DNA of 64,000 bases from Epithemia pelagica (taxonomy: Eukaryota > Protista > Bacillariophyta): assembly GCA_946965045.2 (NCBI GenBank), contig OX337232.1, positions 1-64,000 of the forward strand. The letters run 5' to 3'. The notes below the pieces were generated by a model. It saw only the letters and a program-made list of their open reading frames with translations. It did no database searches and was not told the DNA's origin. Made by a program: the position numbers and the translations under genes. Each line of letters begins with the position of its first letter. The stretch's first letter is position 1. Positions 21,501 to 32,873 of this stretch are shown piece by piece.

Positions 21501-23647
21501 AGAGGACGACACGCAATGTGACACCCCTTGCGTCTGCTGCTACGGCTAAGATGGAGCCACCTCGACCTCATTCTCCCGAGAGGGTTCGAGCTGTGGCCAA
21601 TGTCACGGCCAGTTCACCAATTTTGGTCCTCCCCGATCCATCCATGACCGATACCACGAATACGACGACTCCCAGTCGTCCACGGAATTCCAGTCGGGGG
21701 CGTGGTCGTTTGTCATCGTCACGACGAGGACGATCACGATCCAAGAGCAATCCCCGCGATACGACCGACCCGACAACGGCCATGACGACTGCGGTCAAGA
21801 TTCATGTCCTCGATCATGGAATGGAAACCACCAAGGAGGAATTGCCCTTGTCGCCACCTCACCGTAGAAGTCCCTCTCGAACATCCTCCATAACCCACTC
21901 CAATACAAGTACTGGCACCACCTCAGTCAGTGTCGCCAGTGCCAACGTTCTTCCATCTAATCTGGTCGAGTCCAAGCAAGAAACAAAGGCTACGACGACA
22001 GCCAACAGCACCATTGCCACTCTAGAGACGAGCGTTGCAACTCCTACCAGCCCGTCCAAGTTGTTGAACAATCGCAAACAAAGTCAAGGGTGGTACCGGT
22101 TAGGCTACCATCTCAAAAACAACCATCGAAAGCAATCGAAAGAGCAGCAGCAACAATATCCAGGACACGTACAAAACCGCCAATCATCCGTGCTCAAAGT
22201 GAACAATGACCAGAACAAGACGTTGGACGACAGGAAGAAGAATCCTGCGGATTCTCGCAACCTCCAGCTACAGGGACAGGACAACGCAATGGGGCACGAC
22301 AATGACAACAAGGAAAACGAAGTTGGCAAGAAAAATGACAGTGACAATCCCTTGGTAAACACGGTGCCGCTCAAATTACCGCAACAAGACATGTCCATGA
22401 ACGGCAACGACCAAGGCAAGGAGGAAGATCCCGACGAACCACCCTCCCTTCAATTGAACCATTCCCACCAAACTCCCAAGCGAAGAAACAACCAGAGCAA
22501 TTTCGGCAAGAGTCCTCACATTCAGGTCCATGAGACGGTTCAGGGGATGGAATTGTTGGAGCATAGTTTGGACGAAGCATCACCCCGTTCGGAACGCCAT
22601 GATCCCTTGAAGGAGTTGCGCAAGGTCCGCTCCAATGACTCGCTGGTCATCAATGACTTGCTGGACGACGATTATGACGATGGTAACATGAGCAACAGCA
22701 GTTGCAGTGTAGTGGAGCTGGCACATCGACGGATACAAAGACGTCGTCGTCATGCGCCCAAGACGGACCCTCCGGGCTATCGTCACACGTTTCAGGAATT
22801 GCACACTGAGGATGACTATAGCGTTCTGTCCAAACAACCACCCAAGGAACGATATCGACGGAAATCAAGCCGCGCACTGTCGACGACTCGAGGTGAGGGA
22901 GAGGGAGGACTTCCCTCGGTCGTGTATGCCGATCCACCGGCCCTGGATGCTCAACAGCTTGGTGATTTGTCCATGTTTTCTCATCAAGACGAGCACAATG
23001 GTTGCATTGCTCGAGGAGATTTTGTTGGAGGAGCCTGTGCCGCCATGGTGGGATCCGAAGTCATTGATGAAGTCATTAATCCAGACGACGATACGGCTGC
23101 CAACATGGTGACCTTGCAACGTCTCTTGGCCAAAGAGCCACAGTGTGGCGCAAACGCCGAGCTTGGAGATGGAGAGAATGACATGGCCAAGGAGGAGCAG
23201 GAGGAGGCATGTAATACTTCAGGGTTTACCTTTGTATCGTCCGCGTCCAGTCACAGTCGAGCCTTTACCGCCTTGGCTCCCACCTTTCCATACGCAACTC
23301 CCGGTCTCGGAGATGTACCGCCTTGTATGGTGTATCTCGGAGCCGCCTGGACCGCCGTGGCCGAATCCTGCTGTGGGAGTTCCTCCAACAACCAAAACAA
23401 TCAGAACCAACGTACGACGGTACCCCTGGAGTTGCGATCGGAAGTTTTGCAAGAGGCCAAATCGAACGTGGCCGACTCGGACGTGATTCATTCACCGGAA
23501 CTACGAGAACGATCGACACGGCGTCGTTCCTCCTCCTATGATGATGATGATGATGACGACTACGACGACGATAACCATAGTGATGATTCCGACGACTCGA
23601 TGGACGGCGAATTGGATCGAACTGCCAACGATGATGATAGTGAATGA
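18524..23647 (+). CDS. Large low-complexity, probably disordered protein (ORF 1707 aa; true start may be near 18856)
   Basis: 5.1-kb stop-free frame rich in S/T/P/D/E; no recognisable domain. Confidence 0.6.
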   Translation: MSVHMYNIIDLWFEPIHNSYRLLCMESACVTLFEFQKVCASHNFKSPRYRSPAAATDTRLVLSFSCHSARSRRLLGGVAVAEGIIDRLTYFPRGRPKRLLLQRHTPNTTVMRMPQSSSSLVKVVPPPSMRTSGEMIHPPTPTRSSTPTRKSHSSNSGSSSARHFATPSHSLLGLPHGRDDDEDEEEEEYFWNDDDDEDEEEQEGPQPLAAASLLLHQHSNPHQAATRRGSFLVSSPPNRWLASQASQPAVRVRPPPDHKHIKSNNPPAAARASSSPLSNNSNIHQEWQSFDNVAHWNVGGSPPANNSPTPPAATTARRATTSPPPPSSTTTTTTRPRRSNDQWWTDSHQRSNPNRNTSSRSSTTTTTRPGTTRPPPLVSTQSLLDRLSSQDDQEDPDDDDEDPQEGHGENDNENEILEETFEGGDKHQDMLDVLEDEIQDYFESDQDDLMENDNEYENDTTPQDEPKQDKDRASRSLAPPRLQEEPDTPNNDDNNDMGIVQWVKSFGSDSHATATETPLLLQHQDNHQQNRPAGKPRLVKNGTQHRNPRNVLLPRQARRQQQHHSQRQRRPSLLAASSFSKNPPPPTLVDDSWNPTRRSSRTKNRAATAAPKPDAPEEKTNGATMSRTARPEPVALTTRTTNNRRDPPEPSLSSLPVVSSPPPSTTMTMTTTTSLVDKWNKLTSSTSSPTAAAPPTELIASTPSTVASTPSPRTKPSSHTSTTTNNNNMIPVTTESPPRHLQLDLLQPGTHCDPLPVEQQPDEQEELDATEVELEDFETTALSQQQQQVSSPLTRKSQRWWKNHTRRRRSKSRGRTNRNSRRSKDLVPGKDSHEPDSATEQVPSAPTTTQPKSNVLPVNTTTKDTATAHAALVQPGPRARRSMATFSNKDGIHHNQNNHHHKAAGKENTASKHATVDSTLAGSDKKRGTLTVSSTAVPDDGDSKPTNKTTVAVARPSFLPSTSHSVISRTKLAPQATIRGKTTAGTTTTKDSERTTRNVTPLASAATAKMEPPRPHSPERVRAVANVTASSPILVLPDPSMTDTTNTTTPSRPRNSSRGRGRLSSSRRGRSRSKSNPRDTTDPTTAMTTAVKIHVLDHGMETTKEELPLSPPHRRSPSRTSSITHSNTSTGTTSVSVASANVLPSNLVESKQETKATTTANSTIATLETSVATPTSPSKLLNNRKQSQGWYRLGYHLKNNHRKQSKEQQQQYPGHVQNRQSSVLKVNNDQNKTLDDRKKNPADSRNLQLQGQDNAMGHDNDNKENEVGKKNDSDNPLVNTVPLKLPQQDMSMNGNDQGKEEDPDEPPSLQLNHSHQTPKRRNNQSNFGKSPHIQVHETVQGMELLEHSLDEASPRSERHDPLKELRKVRSNDSLVINDLLDDDYDDGNMSNSSCSVVELAHRRIQRRRRHAPKTDPPGYRHTFQELHTEDDYSVLSKQPPKERYRRKSSRALSTTRGEGEGGLPSVVYADPPALDAQQLGDLSMFSHQDEHNGCIARGDFVGGACAAMVGSEVIDEVINPDDDTAANMVTLQRLLAKEPQCGANAELGDGENDMAKEEQEEACNTSGFTFVSSASSHSRAFTALAPTFPYATPGLGDVPPCMVYLGAAWTAVAESCCGSSSNNQNNQNQRTTVPLELRSEVLQEAKSNVADSDVIHSPELRERSTRRRSSSYDDDDDDDYDDDNHSDDSDDSMDGELDRTANDDDSE

Positions 23648-24444
23648 GCATAGTTCCACAAACAACACCCATGATAGTATAATGTACACAGTTAAGTGAT
23701 TCTACACACTCTATCTCTGATCTGCAAGGCGAAAGAGCTCTGGAGTAGAGGATACCGAGAATCGACCATTGCAAATTGAAAATTCCAATTGGTGAGCCCG
23801 CTTTCACACATCGAACAAAACAACGAAACGTATTCGTTGGGGGTTTGTGCGTGTGTTGGACTCTCGTTGGACGCAAGCATCCATCATCCAGTCTCTAAGT
23901 GAGCAAATTTCCCAGCTCGGCGACTCTAAGTCTTTTTCATGGTCCCATGCGTCAGGACAGTTCCTTACATCCTGGCGCCTTGCCGTGACCACATGTCGTG
24001 TTAGGAAACCATGCGCATCGGAAGAAGATCGGAAGATCTCTCCCGGGATACCGGACAGAGAGGAAAGTTCTAGATAAGACTTGATCATCTGTTTGTCTTG
24101 TTTCCCGATGGACTGGACGCGCTGTCCTTCTCTTTGCCACACTGAATCTTATCACTGACCAAAATAAAAACCACCATTTTGGCCGTGTACAGGGATCGTG
24201 ATCACGTCTCACGCAGATTCCCGCGTCCGATGTCATCGGCTTCACACGGGACCGGCACGCCGGGGGACCATTCTTGGCGCTGAGAAGACCTCCCCGTTCT
24301 CACAAAAAGTAGTCTCGGGAGATGCCAATTCTCACACACAAAAGGGCGCAAAAAACTCGCACTGCCTTTCTCATTCTTCTTTTCACTCTTCTCTTGTGGT
24401 TCCGTCTCATTTGATTTCGGATCCGAATCGTTCCAACACTCATC

Positions 24445-26913
24445 ATGCCACCCCTACAAACAGTGACTGGCAACAACAGCAACAGCAGTTTTATTCACAT
24501 CTCCAGCGGCACCACGGCAAGTCATGACATGATTCACACGCACAGCAGCACTTCGGGCAGCAGCAGCTACGAAGGAAGTGGTCAGTTTTCCATCTCCATT
24601 GGTTCGCCCTCGTCTCTTTTGCAACTCAATGGGAACATGGATCCCATTTTTACCACGACGGCAAGTCCTACGACTCCAGTAGTAGTGTCATCATCCATCC
24701 TGAAAGACAATGACGATGAGGATGAGGATGATACACTCCGAGAATCCGCACCGCATGCTTCATCCTCGTTGCTGCCGCATCCACCATCGCGTCGTCCGAG
24801 TCCTTGGTCCACGCGAAAGAAACGTCTATCAGTGATGACCACAAGAACAAAATCAACCAGAACAACGACAGCCAATGCCTCTTCCTCTTCTTCTTCTTCT
24901 TGTCGAATGAGCAAACGAGGACCACGATTCTTTGGGAAACAGGCACGACGATGGTCCTTTCAAGCCCTCCCCGACAACAAGGATACGAAGGAGGATGAAG
25001 AGGAAAACCTGGATGAAACGAACCAGCATGACAAGCGCAAGGATGATCCACAAGATTTTCATGACGAAACCGACAAGGATTTGTTGAATATGACAATGGA
25101 AACCGTCTTGGATGACGACGACGATGACTGCACTGAAGATTTGCAACGCTGGAAACAAGAGGCACAAACTCAGTTGCAGCAATTGAAACATCTACAAGTG
25201 AATTGTAGTACGACTAGTACCCGAAATGACCAGGAAGAAGATGATTTGGAACATATTGTACTGTCCTTGTCGTCATCGGCTTCCTCGATCCCCATGACGG
25301 CATCGACCGCGGCGTCCTCCTCCTCCTCTTCGTCGTCTTCCTATACTTCCTTTGCTTCCAGAGGTGACAAGACTCCGACCAGCAAGCCTTCACAACCAGC
25401 ACAAGACGATTCTCAGAATCCAAAAGTCGACGCCATTGGACCCATTTTGCAATCCTTGCAAGAGCTGGAATCGGCCCGATCTCTCTTGCGACCGGCACCA
25501 AAACTCACCGCCACTCGTTCCCTGCCACCACTCGTGACTCGTAGCACTACCACGTCCTCCTCCACCGTGGATACCCCGGCCATGGCGTCCAAACTAAAAA
25601 CAGTTCCACGTTCCAACAAACCGAGTTCCAGCAAACCACCTCCAGCTCCATTGGTGACTAAACAGAAGCACACAAAACGATCCTCGACACTTGCAGCAGC
25701 ATCGGGACAAACCAACACTACCACCATGGGTCACAGCTTGTGTGGCGGAGGAGAAGGCAGCAATCTGAGTAGTGACACAATGACGCCGGGACGTGGTGAT
25801 AGTACCACCGATCCACAGTGTGCCGTCTGCGAAGAAGACCTGTTGGATTCGCTCATTCATCAAATGACACAATCGTTCCCAGAAGAAATCCCCAAGGATG
25901 CGGACACACTCCCTCCGCAGCGAACAGCAAAGCAGACCTGCTCCACCACCCGGTCATCTTCATCTTCGTCCGCTTCCGTGTCCTTGCTCAGATCACCACC
26001 ATCCAGTGGATCCGTCTCCCTCTCGACCTTGGAAGGACCAGTTTGGAAAAAGCGATTGCAACAACAGCAACGACACGCACAAACACTAATACCTCCGCCA
26101 CCTCCACCTCCACGACAAGAAAAACGCGAAACTAACCAAAACGACAAGCACCACCCGAAACAAGCGGCTCCGAAACACGACGGTCCTGAACAAGAACGTC
26201 GTCGTCGTTGTGCGATGGACCCACCGGAACAACAACAAGCATCCTCCAAGACTGGGGACATTGTGGAAACGGAGCCATCCAGACCCGTAGAATCGACAAG
26301 TACTACCATTCCAAAAGTACAAGTCCATGTCTTGAATCAAGACACGGCACCCACCTTTTATCAAGCGGTAGCCAATCGCAACAGCAACAACAACGAGACA
26401 AAACCGACCGTAGCAGCTAGCCGCAACAAGAAGGTGCCTACCGAGGAATTAGACAGTACTGTCTTGTTGGAACTCATGGAATATCCACAGTTTGTGTTTA
26501 CCACAGACCGAACCAAAGGAACCAAAAATGTCAGTCATGATCAAGAACGTCCAGCAGTGACTGGGGGCGCGGGTCGGTTCCATACCGACGACAGCATGGT
26601 TTCGTCCATGTCGGGTACTCTCAGTTTCACAAACCCAACGAGTATGAGTGGTATGCACAATCTTGTGAATTCCTCCCGCAACCACAGCCGTCGCTTGGTG
26701 GCCAGTGGCGCACGACGACGGACCACGGCCACCCAACAATGGCTGGAGAAACTCATCACAGCTGTTTGTTTTCTGGACAATGACGACGACCGAAAGTGTC
26801 TGGCCGATTCTCTGAATGACTTGAATTGTGGGGAAGACAACACTGCGGAGGATCATCAAGACCATCCACGCGATCAAAGTCCTCCTCTCCAACTCACGTC
26901 CATGCCCCAATAA
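24445..26913 (+). CDS. Low-complexity hypothetical protein (822 aa)
   Basis: 2.5-kb stop-free frame, S/T/D-rich. Confidence 0.55.
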   Translation: MPPLQTVTGNNSNSSFIHISSGTTASHDMIHTHSSTSGSSSYEGSGQFSISIGSPSSLLQLNGNMDPIFTTTASPTTPVVVSSSILKDNDDEDEDDTLRESAPHASSSLLPHPPSRRPSPWSTRKKRLSVMTTRTKSTRTTTANASSSSSSSCRMSKRGPRFFGKQARRWSFQALPDNKDTKEDEEENLDETNQHDKRKDDPQDFHDETDKDLLNMTMETVLDDDDDDCTEDLQRWKQEAQTQLQQLKHLQVNCSTTSTRNDQEEDDLEHIVLSLSSSASSIPMTASTAASSSSSSSSSYTSFASRGDKTPTSKPSQPAQDDSQNPKVDAIGPILQSLQELESARSLLRPAPKLTATRSLPPLVTRSTTTSSSTVDTPAMASKLKTVPRSNKPSSSKPPPAPLVTKQKHTKRSSTLAAASGQTNTTTMGHSLCGGGEGSNLSSDTMTPGRGDSTTDPQCAVCEEDLLDSLIHQMTQSFPEEIPKDADTLPPQRTAKQTCSTTRSSSSSSASVSLLRSPPSSGSVSLSTLEGPVWKKRLQQQQRHAQTLIPPPPPPPRQEKRETNQNDKHHPKQAAPKHDGPEQERRRRCAMDPPEQQQASSKTGDIVETEPSRPVESTSTTIPKVQVHVLNQDTAPTFYQAVANRNSNNNETKPTVAASRNKKVPTEELDSTVLLELMEYPQFVFTTDRTKGTKNVSHDQERPAVTGGAGRFHTDDSMVSSMSGTLSFTNPTSMSGMHNLVNSSRNHSRRLVASGARRRTTATQQWLEKLITAVCFLDNDDDRKCLADSLNDLNCGEDNTAEDHQDHPRDQSPPLQLTSMPQ

Positions 26914-27469
26914 CCCGCGTTTATCTCCAAAGCCCTCAATCACACACCGGATTCACCTCAACCACCACCACACAAGACAAGGACTCACACAGCAAGGAGA
27001 CAATGTACCTTCCTGAAATGGTGTCTACCTACCGAAACGGGTAGTCCTTCCCACCTTTCACCACTGCAGCAACCGTGTGCTGCTCTCCGCCTCAAGGGGG
27101 TTCTCCTCGTCATTTGCTCCATTGCGCAAGTGGGCAAACTCATATTCTGTGATTACATTTTCCCAAAACCTGCACGCTGCACTTCCACAATTGGCCAAGA
27201 CCACCAAATCATCTGCTTCTAGTCTCCTTTCCTCTAGAATAACTACCTAGAACTACAACACCCACGGTATCCCCGATCGCCATTCTCTCTTGTTACATGA
27301 GAGTCAGCTCCTATCGTATTCAACAGCAGGCTGATGGTGGAGACGAAGATTGCGGATGAGATCGTCTCTCCCCAGCAACAAACATACTAGGAGTAGGAGT
27401 ACTACTACCTACTAGGAGTAGTCGATTAGCGACTAGCTACCCCTATTACATATGCTGGTCAGTCGCTGC

Positions 27470-29975
27470 GTTTCAGTCGCAGGCGGAAAATGCGAGGACG
27501 CGGCGCAGGCCAGTCGTGCGTGCGTCTCGTAATTCTGCGTTGATATAGAGATTCGAGATCGCAAATGTTCTGAAACAAAGTAGGCCTGCATTCCATGAAG
27601 AGTTGCCCTGATTCATACAAACAATACTACTTATTCCCTCCCGAGAATGGTCCACACGGATGAATGTCAATCACAAGCGATCAAGCAGAGGAAACGAAAC
27701 AACAATGAAGAAAGAAGGTCGTTCTTATCGTTCTTTTGGGGGCGAAAAACAAAATAAAAAAAAAAAAACATGCCCCTTGATTTTGATTGGGAGTTTGGGT
27801 GTGGTCCAATCATCATGAGCATTGGCGTGGGATGGAGTATCACGTTGTGTCGTGGATCACATTGAAACAAGGATTTCCGTTCCGTTGCGGTCCATACCAC
27901 GGTCATGCACCTTACGGATCGAGAGAACCGAGTTTCGCACCTCCTCTTTGCTGGTTCGCGCACGCTCCAACCAGTCGTCCACTTTTTCACGAGCGTGGAA
28001 GGATCGTTCACGACGCCTGTCAACGAGATATGTTTCAGTCGTTTTGGATGGAGGACGGAAACGGATGGATCGGACCGGGTGAATCCAGAACCACAACAGC
28101 CTCCAGTCAAAGGACCCATCTTGCTTTGGGAACGAGAGCAAATTACATACTCCATGGAAATCCATCAGCAAGCGTTCTTGTCTGGATTGGTCTTTGCTGA
28201 TGACAAAGACAAAAAGAAACCACAATGGAGGCCATCCATTTGGCCTCCATGTTTGGGAGACTTTCGGTTGACCTATGGGTCGGCTGTTGTGCGTCGTGAC
28301 GGCGAGGAGATTTTGGTCCTTTTGGGAGGCCTCATGAATATCAACTCCAGTTGCGAATATATTGAATCGAATTCGGTTGTTTTTTTCAACGTTCAAAGCA
28401 ATAAGTGGCACGAAGGACCCTGTATGCATGAAAAGCGAGCATGTCCTGCGTCGGTAATATGCAATAACGCTATTTACGTCATTGGAGGATGCAACAGCTA
28501 GAATTCATTAGATACAATTGAACGTATCCAAGTCGACGACTTGGTGCATTCGTCAGCTTCCAGCAAGGACACGAGTAGATGGAAGAAACTGGAATGTCGT
28601 TTATCTACACCGCGCTCCGACTGTGCCGCAGCTGTTGTGCATGATAGATTCATTGTGGTGGCGGGAGGACGAAATCACCCTGTCCGATGGAACGAACTAT
28701 CATCGGTTGAAATTATTGACACAGCATCCGGAAATCCATGCGCCGTCATATCTGGACCCTCCTTACATCACGCTCGTTGTTGTTTTGGAATGGCTGTGGT
28801 TGGTCAACGCATTTATGTTGTGGGTGGGGTTTCAACGAAATCCGTGGAATATCTGGACTTTGATGACTTGTTGGACGACTCACCGAATTGTGCAACATCT
28901 GTGTTTTCTTCGAGCAAATCGTGGACGATCCACAAAAAACTCCATCTGAACATATCTGGAGAGGTTCATGCTGTCGTTCAAGTGGGCTCCTGTCTCGTTG
29001 TTGCAGGAGGTTGGAAAAACCGGTCCAAACGTCCGGTAGAAGTCGTAGATACCATGAACAATATTACTTGGGAGCTTCCCGACATGACCGTGGAGAGGTT
29101 GGAGTGTAGTATGGTTGCTTTGTCGAGTGGTATTGTTGCCATGAATGGCTATGACGCCATGAATGACGACTCATTTGACACACTGTCACTTGTGGACAAG
29201 AACAGTTGGCTGTTTGCTCGTTTGCTGTCCACTGGGAAAGTCCCCATCTAATGGCAATGCACACAGAACGATAGTCATGGAGGGACAGGGATTATCATTG
29301 CCCGGCTCACTATTATTCCAATCCATGTAACGATCTGTTTCAAAACGAAGTCCTCCATCACTGTTCGTATGGATCGCTGTATTTCTTGGCTTGAAAGCAA
29401 GCAAAAAAGAAGCATTAACTTTTGCGGAGCCTGTTTGTATATCCATGAAGTTTTTCTTCTTTTTTAGAATAGCAGCACATCCATATCATCGTCACCAGAA
29501 CACAACGCGGGGTCCAAGTAGAACTGACATGTTCGGTTTATCTGTCAGGATGGTTGTCACCAAGAACCCAATCCACGATGATAACACGAGCGAGTGTTGT
29601 TCCATCGTTTTTGCGACACGGAGAAGGCTAGTGCTCTGGGGACACGAACTACTAGTAGTCCTGTAGTACTACTCCTACGAAGAAAAAGTCTCGGACGGAC
29701 GGCTGGCACTGTGGGTCCATGACCAAACACCACCAACAACAAGAGATCAATCCATCTGTGTGTTACTCTTGCCAAGACGATGCCCACGACAAGGATATCG
29801 CGTACTTGAGGATCCTACATCCATAAACCATATGAATATTGGATGGATGGAGGAAATAGTTTTTTGGATCTGTTTGTGCGGAAAAGGGAGATGGTGGGGT
29901 ACCTGCTTTTTATCCACGGCAGGCACAGTCCATGGAACAGGATGACACACAAAGATGCTCTCTTTTGGATTCTCT
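27470..29975. repeat. Segmental duplication, inverted copy at about 42420-44915
   Basis: Flanks and the K1/K5 genes match in reverse complement (e.g. 29680-29750 versus 42640-42720). Confidence 0.8.
28154..29251 (+). pseudogene. Kelch-repeat protein K1 with in-frame TAG at 28499-28501
   Basis: Kelch motifs VLLGG, YVIGG, VAGG, YVVGG; YVIGGCNS*NSLDTIER versus YVIGGCNSSNSLDTIER in K5. Confidence 0.8.
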
Positions 29976-30059
29976 CTCGTTTTTATTGTCTGTAGAGGTA
30001 TGTTCTCCCATGAGTTTGATGCGCTTACTCGACGGTTCCTCATCTTTGTTGGCTGCCGG

Positions 30060-30440
30060 TTCCATTCCATTGGACGATTCTTGTGACTTTGACAGGCCCA
30101 TTTTGAGCAAATGGAACAAAGGACAACCACACCGTCCCACACTCACTGCCCGCCACTGGACAAATGCGTCGCTTTTTCGTAGGCTTCCATGGTTCATTTG
30201 AATTGTTGCGTAAAGGTCCAAAATTCGGCATAGGCGATCCAGAGTGTCACAATGGCTTGCTGAAGAGTATCATACTCCCAATAGTTCGCGAGCTTCATTC
30301 ACCCACGTCAACAAGGCCGATTGAACAATCATTTGACCGCCTTCAAAGTCATCTACTTCTTGTCTGGAGCGGCTTGAATCACCACATTGAGACCGTATTC
30401 GTTGGCTGCTTGTCATTCAAAAGTGGGCATGTTCAGTAAT
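30060..30440 (-). pseudogene. Fragment of a HAT/TPR-like repeat gene with stops and frameshifts
   Basis: Pieces across frames: DDFEGGQMIVQSALLTWVNEARE / QAIVTLWIAYAEF..QQFK*TMEAYEKA / CPVAGSECGTVWL. Confidence 0.4.
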
Positions 30441-30589
30441 TGAGGAGACCCAAAACGTGTCTAGTATCGAATGGTGTAATATGTAATACCCAGAGACCCT
30501 TTTGCGACGACGGTTGCGGTGTCAAATCATCGACGGCAATCACTCTCCAAGATATTTCAATTCTTCCAAAGCAATGTTGCAATTTTTTG

Positions 30590-30850
30590 TTTCCAATCGC
30601 TTTCAAGCACAAGCTTCTTTCTTGATCTTTTTCGAGAGATCTGCTGCAGTAGGCTGTAGTTCTGTGTGTGGTTCTGTGTTCTGTGTGGTTGCACGGATGC
30701 GTTTCATGGAGCTGTGGATGGAGTCTCTGTGGGATATCGTCGACTTTCTTTCTGCAGGTTTTGCTGAATAATTCAGTAAATAATCAGTAATAAAAGGATT
30801 TTGGAAGGAAAAAGGAAAAAAGCCATTTCAAATTTGAAATCGCTCTTCGG
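30590..30850 (+). repeat. Direct repeat with about 33195-33485 (start of duplicated kelch units)
   Basis: Shared atgcgtttcatggagctgtgga..gccatttcaaatttgaaatcg block. Confidence 0.8.
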
Positions 30851-31751
30851 AATCAACCCAAAGATCATCACGGGACAACACAATGGGTTGGTCCACATCC
30901 TTTCTGTGTCTCAACGCCATGCTCTCTATGACAGTCCTTACTCAGAATGTCCACCTCGCAGCAGCAGCAGCAGCACCAACCAGCGGAATGGAAAATGGTG
31001 CATTGCACCATACACATGAATATCGCTACCTTCTACAACGGGTCGATCTACACTCAAACGTGTCGTCGTTGGCATCGACGGGATCTCTCCCACAGCCATT
31101 CGTACCAGCCGTTTAGGAATCCTTGGACGACAGTCACCCTCCACAAAGAATACTACTGCAACAGCTGCTTTGGGTATCCGAGGCAGCCGACCATTACAAT
31201 TCTTCACCGACAAGGACGACGACCCGCGTCTTTAGATGATTCACCACCATGAGTCATCGTTGTGACCACCAAAAAGACCCACTGCACAACGACAACGACG
31301 GCAACAACCACCATTGGTAGATCCGGAGCGAAACATTCCCACTCGAGCACCACATTCATGCACCACACCATGGCGAAGAACTAGACTCGCAGATTCTTCC
31401 CTCTCGTAGTTGCGCACCTTTACAAGTGGAGAAAAGTCTGTCGTCTATCCTTGGACTTTCTGGAGTGGACCACAATGGAACCAGGAATTCCGTTTCGTGG
31501 CGGTCCATACCACGTCCATACACGTTACGGGTCGAGAGAACCGAGTTTCGCACCTCCTCTTTGCTGGTTCGCGTACGCTCCAACCAGTCCACGGTTGTTG
31601 AATTTCTCACGAGCGTGGAAGGATCCTGCACGACGCCAGTCAATTTGCTATTTGTGAGTCGTTTTGGATGGAGGACGGACCGGGTGAGTCGAGAACAATA
31701 ACAGCCTCCACTCAAAAGACCCATCTTACTTTGGGAACGAGAGCAATCACA

Positions 31752-32873
31752 ATGGAAATCCAAAAGCAAGCGTTCTTGTCTGGATTGGTCTTTGCCAGCG
31801 ACAAAGACCAAAAGATACCGCAATGGAGGCTAACTGGATGGTCTCCATGTTTGGGAGACCGTCGGTTTACCCATGGGACGGTTGTTGTACGTCGTCAAGG
31901 CGAGGAGATTGTGGTACTGTTGGGAGGATGTGCCATACCAAGTTGCGTCCCATTGAATTCAGGTGTTTGTTTCAATGTTCAAAGCAAGAAGTGGCAAGAA
32001 GGGCCATGTATGCATGAAAAACGAGCATGTCCTGCGTCGGTACTATGCAACAACGCTATTTACGTCATTGGTGGATACAACTGTACCAACGGCTTCAATT
32101 CATTGGATACAATTGAACGTATCCAAGTCGAGGACTTGATGCATTCGTCGTCAGCTTCCATCAAGGACACGAGAAAATGGCAGAAGCTGCAATGTCGTTT
32201 GTCTACGCCACGCTACGACTGCGCCGCAGCTGTTGTGCATGATAGATTCATTGTGGTGGCAGGAGGACGGTGTTTTTTCGGACTGGAAGGACGAAATCGC
32301 CCTTCCCGACTGACCGAAATATCCTCGGTTGAAATACTTGACACAGCAGCATCCGGAAATCCATGCACCGTCATATCTGGACCCTCCTTACATCACACTC
32401 GTTGTGAGTTTGGAATGGCTGTGGTTGGTCAACGCATTTATGTTGTGGGTGGGAGATCGTTGAGCTCCGTGGAATATCTGGACTTTGATGACATGTTGGA
32501 CGATTCACCAAATTGTGCATCATCTGTGTTTTCTTCGAGCAAGTCGTGGACGATCCACAAAAACCTCCATCTGAACATATCTGAAGAGGTTCATGCTGTC
32601 GTTCAAGTGGGCTCCTGTCTCGTTGTTGCAGGAGGTTGGAAAAACCGGTCCAAGCGCTCGGTTAAAGTCTTGGATACCGTAAACAATATTGTTTGGGAGC
32701 TTCCGAAGACGATCGGGTACAGTTGGGGTTGTAGCACGGTTACCTTGTCGAGTGGGATTGTTGCCATGAATGGCTGTGATTCGAGAGACGCATTTGAAAC
32801 GCTGTCACTTGTGGACAAGACCAGTTGGCTTTTTGCTCATTTGTTGTCCATTGGGAAAGTCCCAACCATCTAA
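31752..32873 (+). CDS. Kelch-repeat protein K2
   Basis: Intact frame from MEIQKQAF to IGKVPTI; repeated GG-containing kelch motifs; no BTB domain. Confidence 0.85.
   Translation: MEIQKQAFLSGLVFASDKDQKIPQWRLTGWSPCLGDRRFTHGTVVVRRQGEEIVVLLGGCAIPSCVPLNSGVCFNVQSKKWQEGPCMHEKRACPASVLCNNAIYVIGGYNCTNGFNSLDTIERIQVEDLMHSSSASIKDTRKWQKLQCRLSTPRYDCAAAVVHDRFIVVAGGRCFFGLEGRNRPSRLTEISSVEILDTAASGNPCTVISGPSLHHTRCEFGMAVVGQRIYVVGGRSLSSVEYLDFDDMLDDSPNCASSVFSSSKSWTIHKNLHLNISEEVHAVVQVGSCLVVAGGWKNRSKRSVKVLDTVNNIVWELPKTIGYSWGCSTVTLSSGIVAMNGCDSRDAFETLSLVDKTSWLFAHLLSIGKVPTI

Noticed and set aside
18700-26950. Numerous short overlapping ORFs on both strands
   Set aside because: Expected by-products of stop-poor low-complexity coding DNA.
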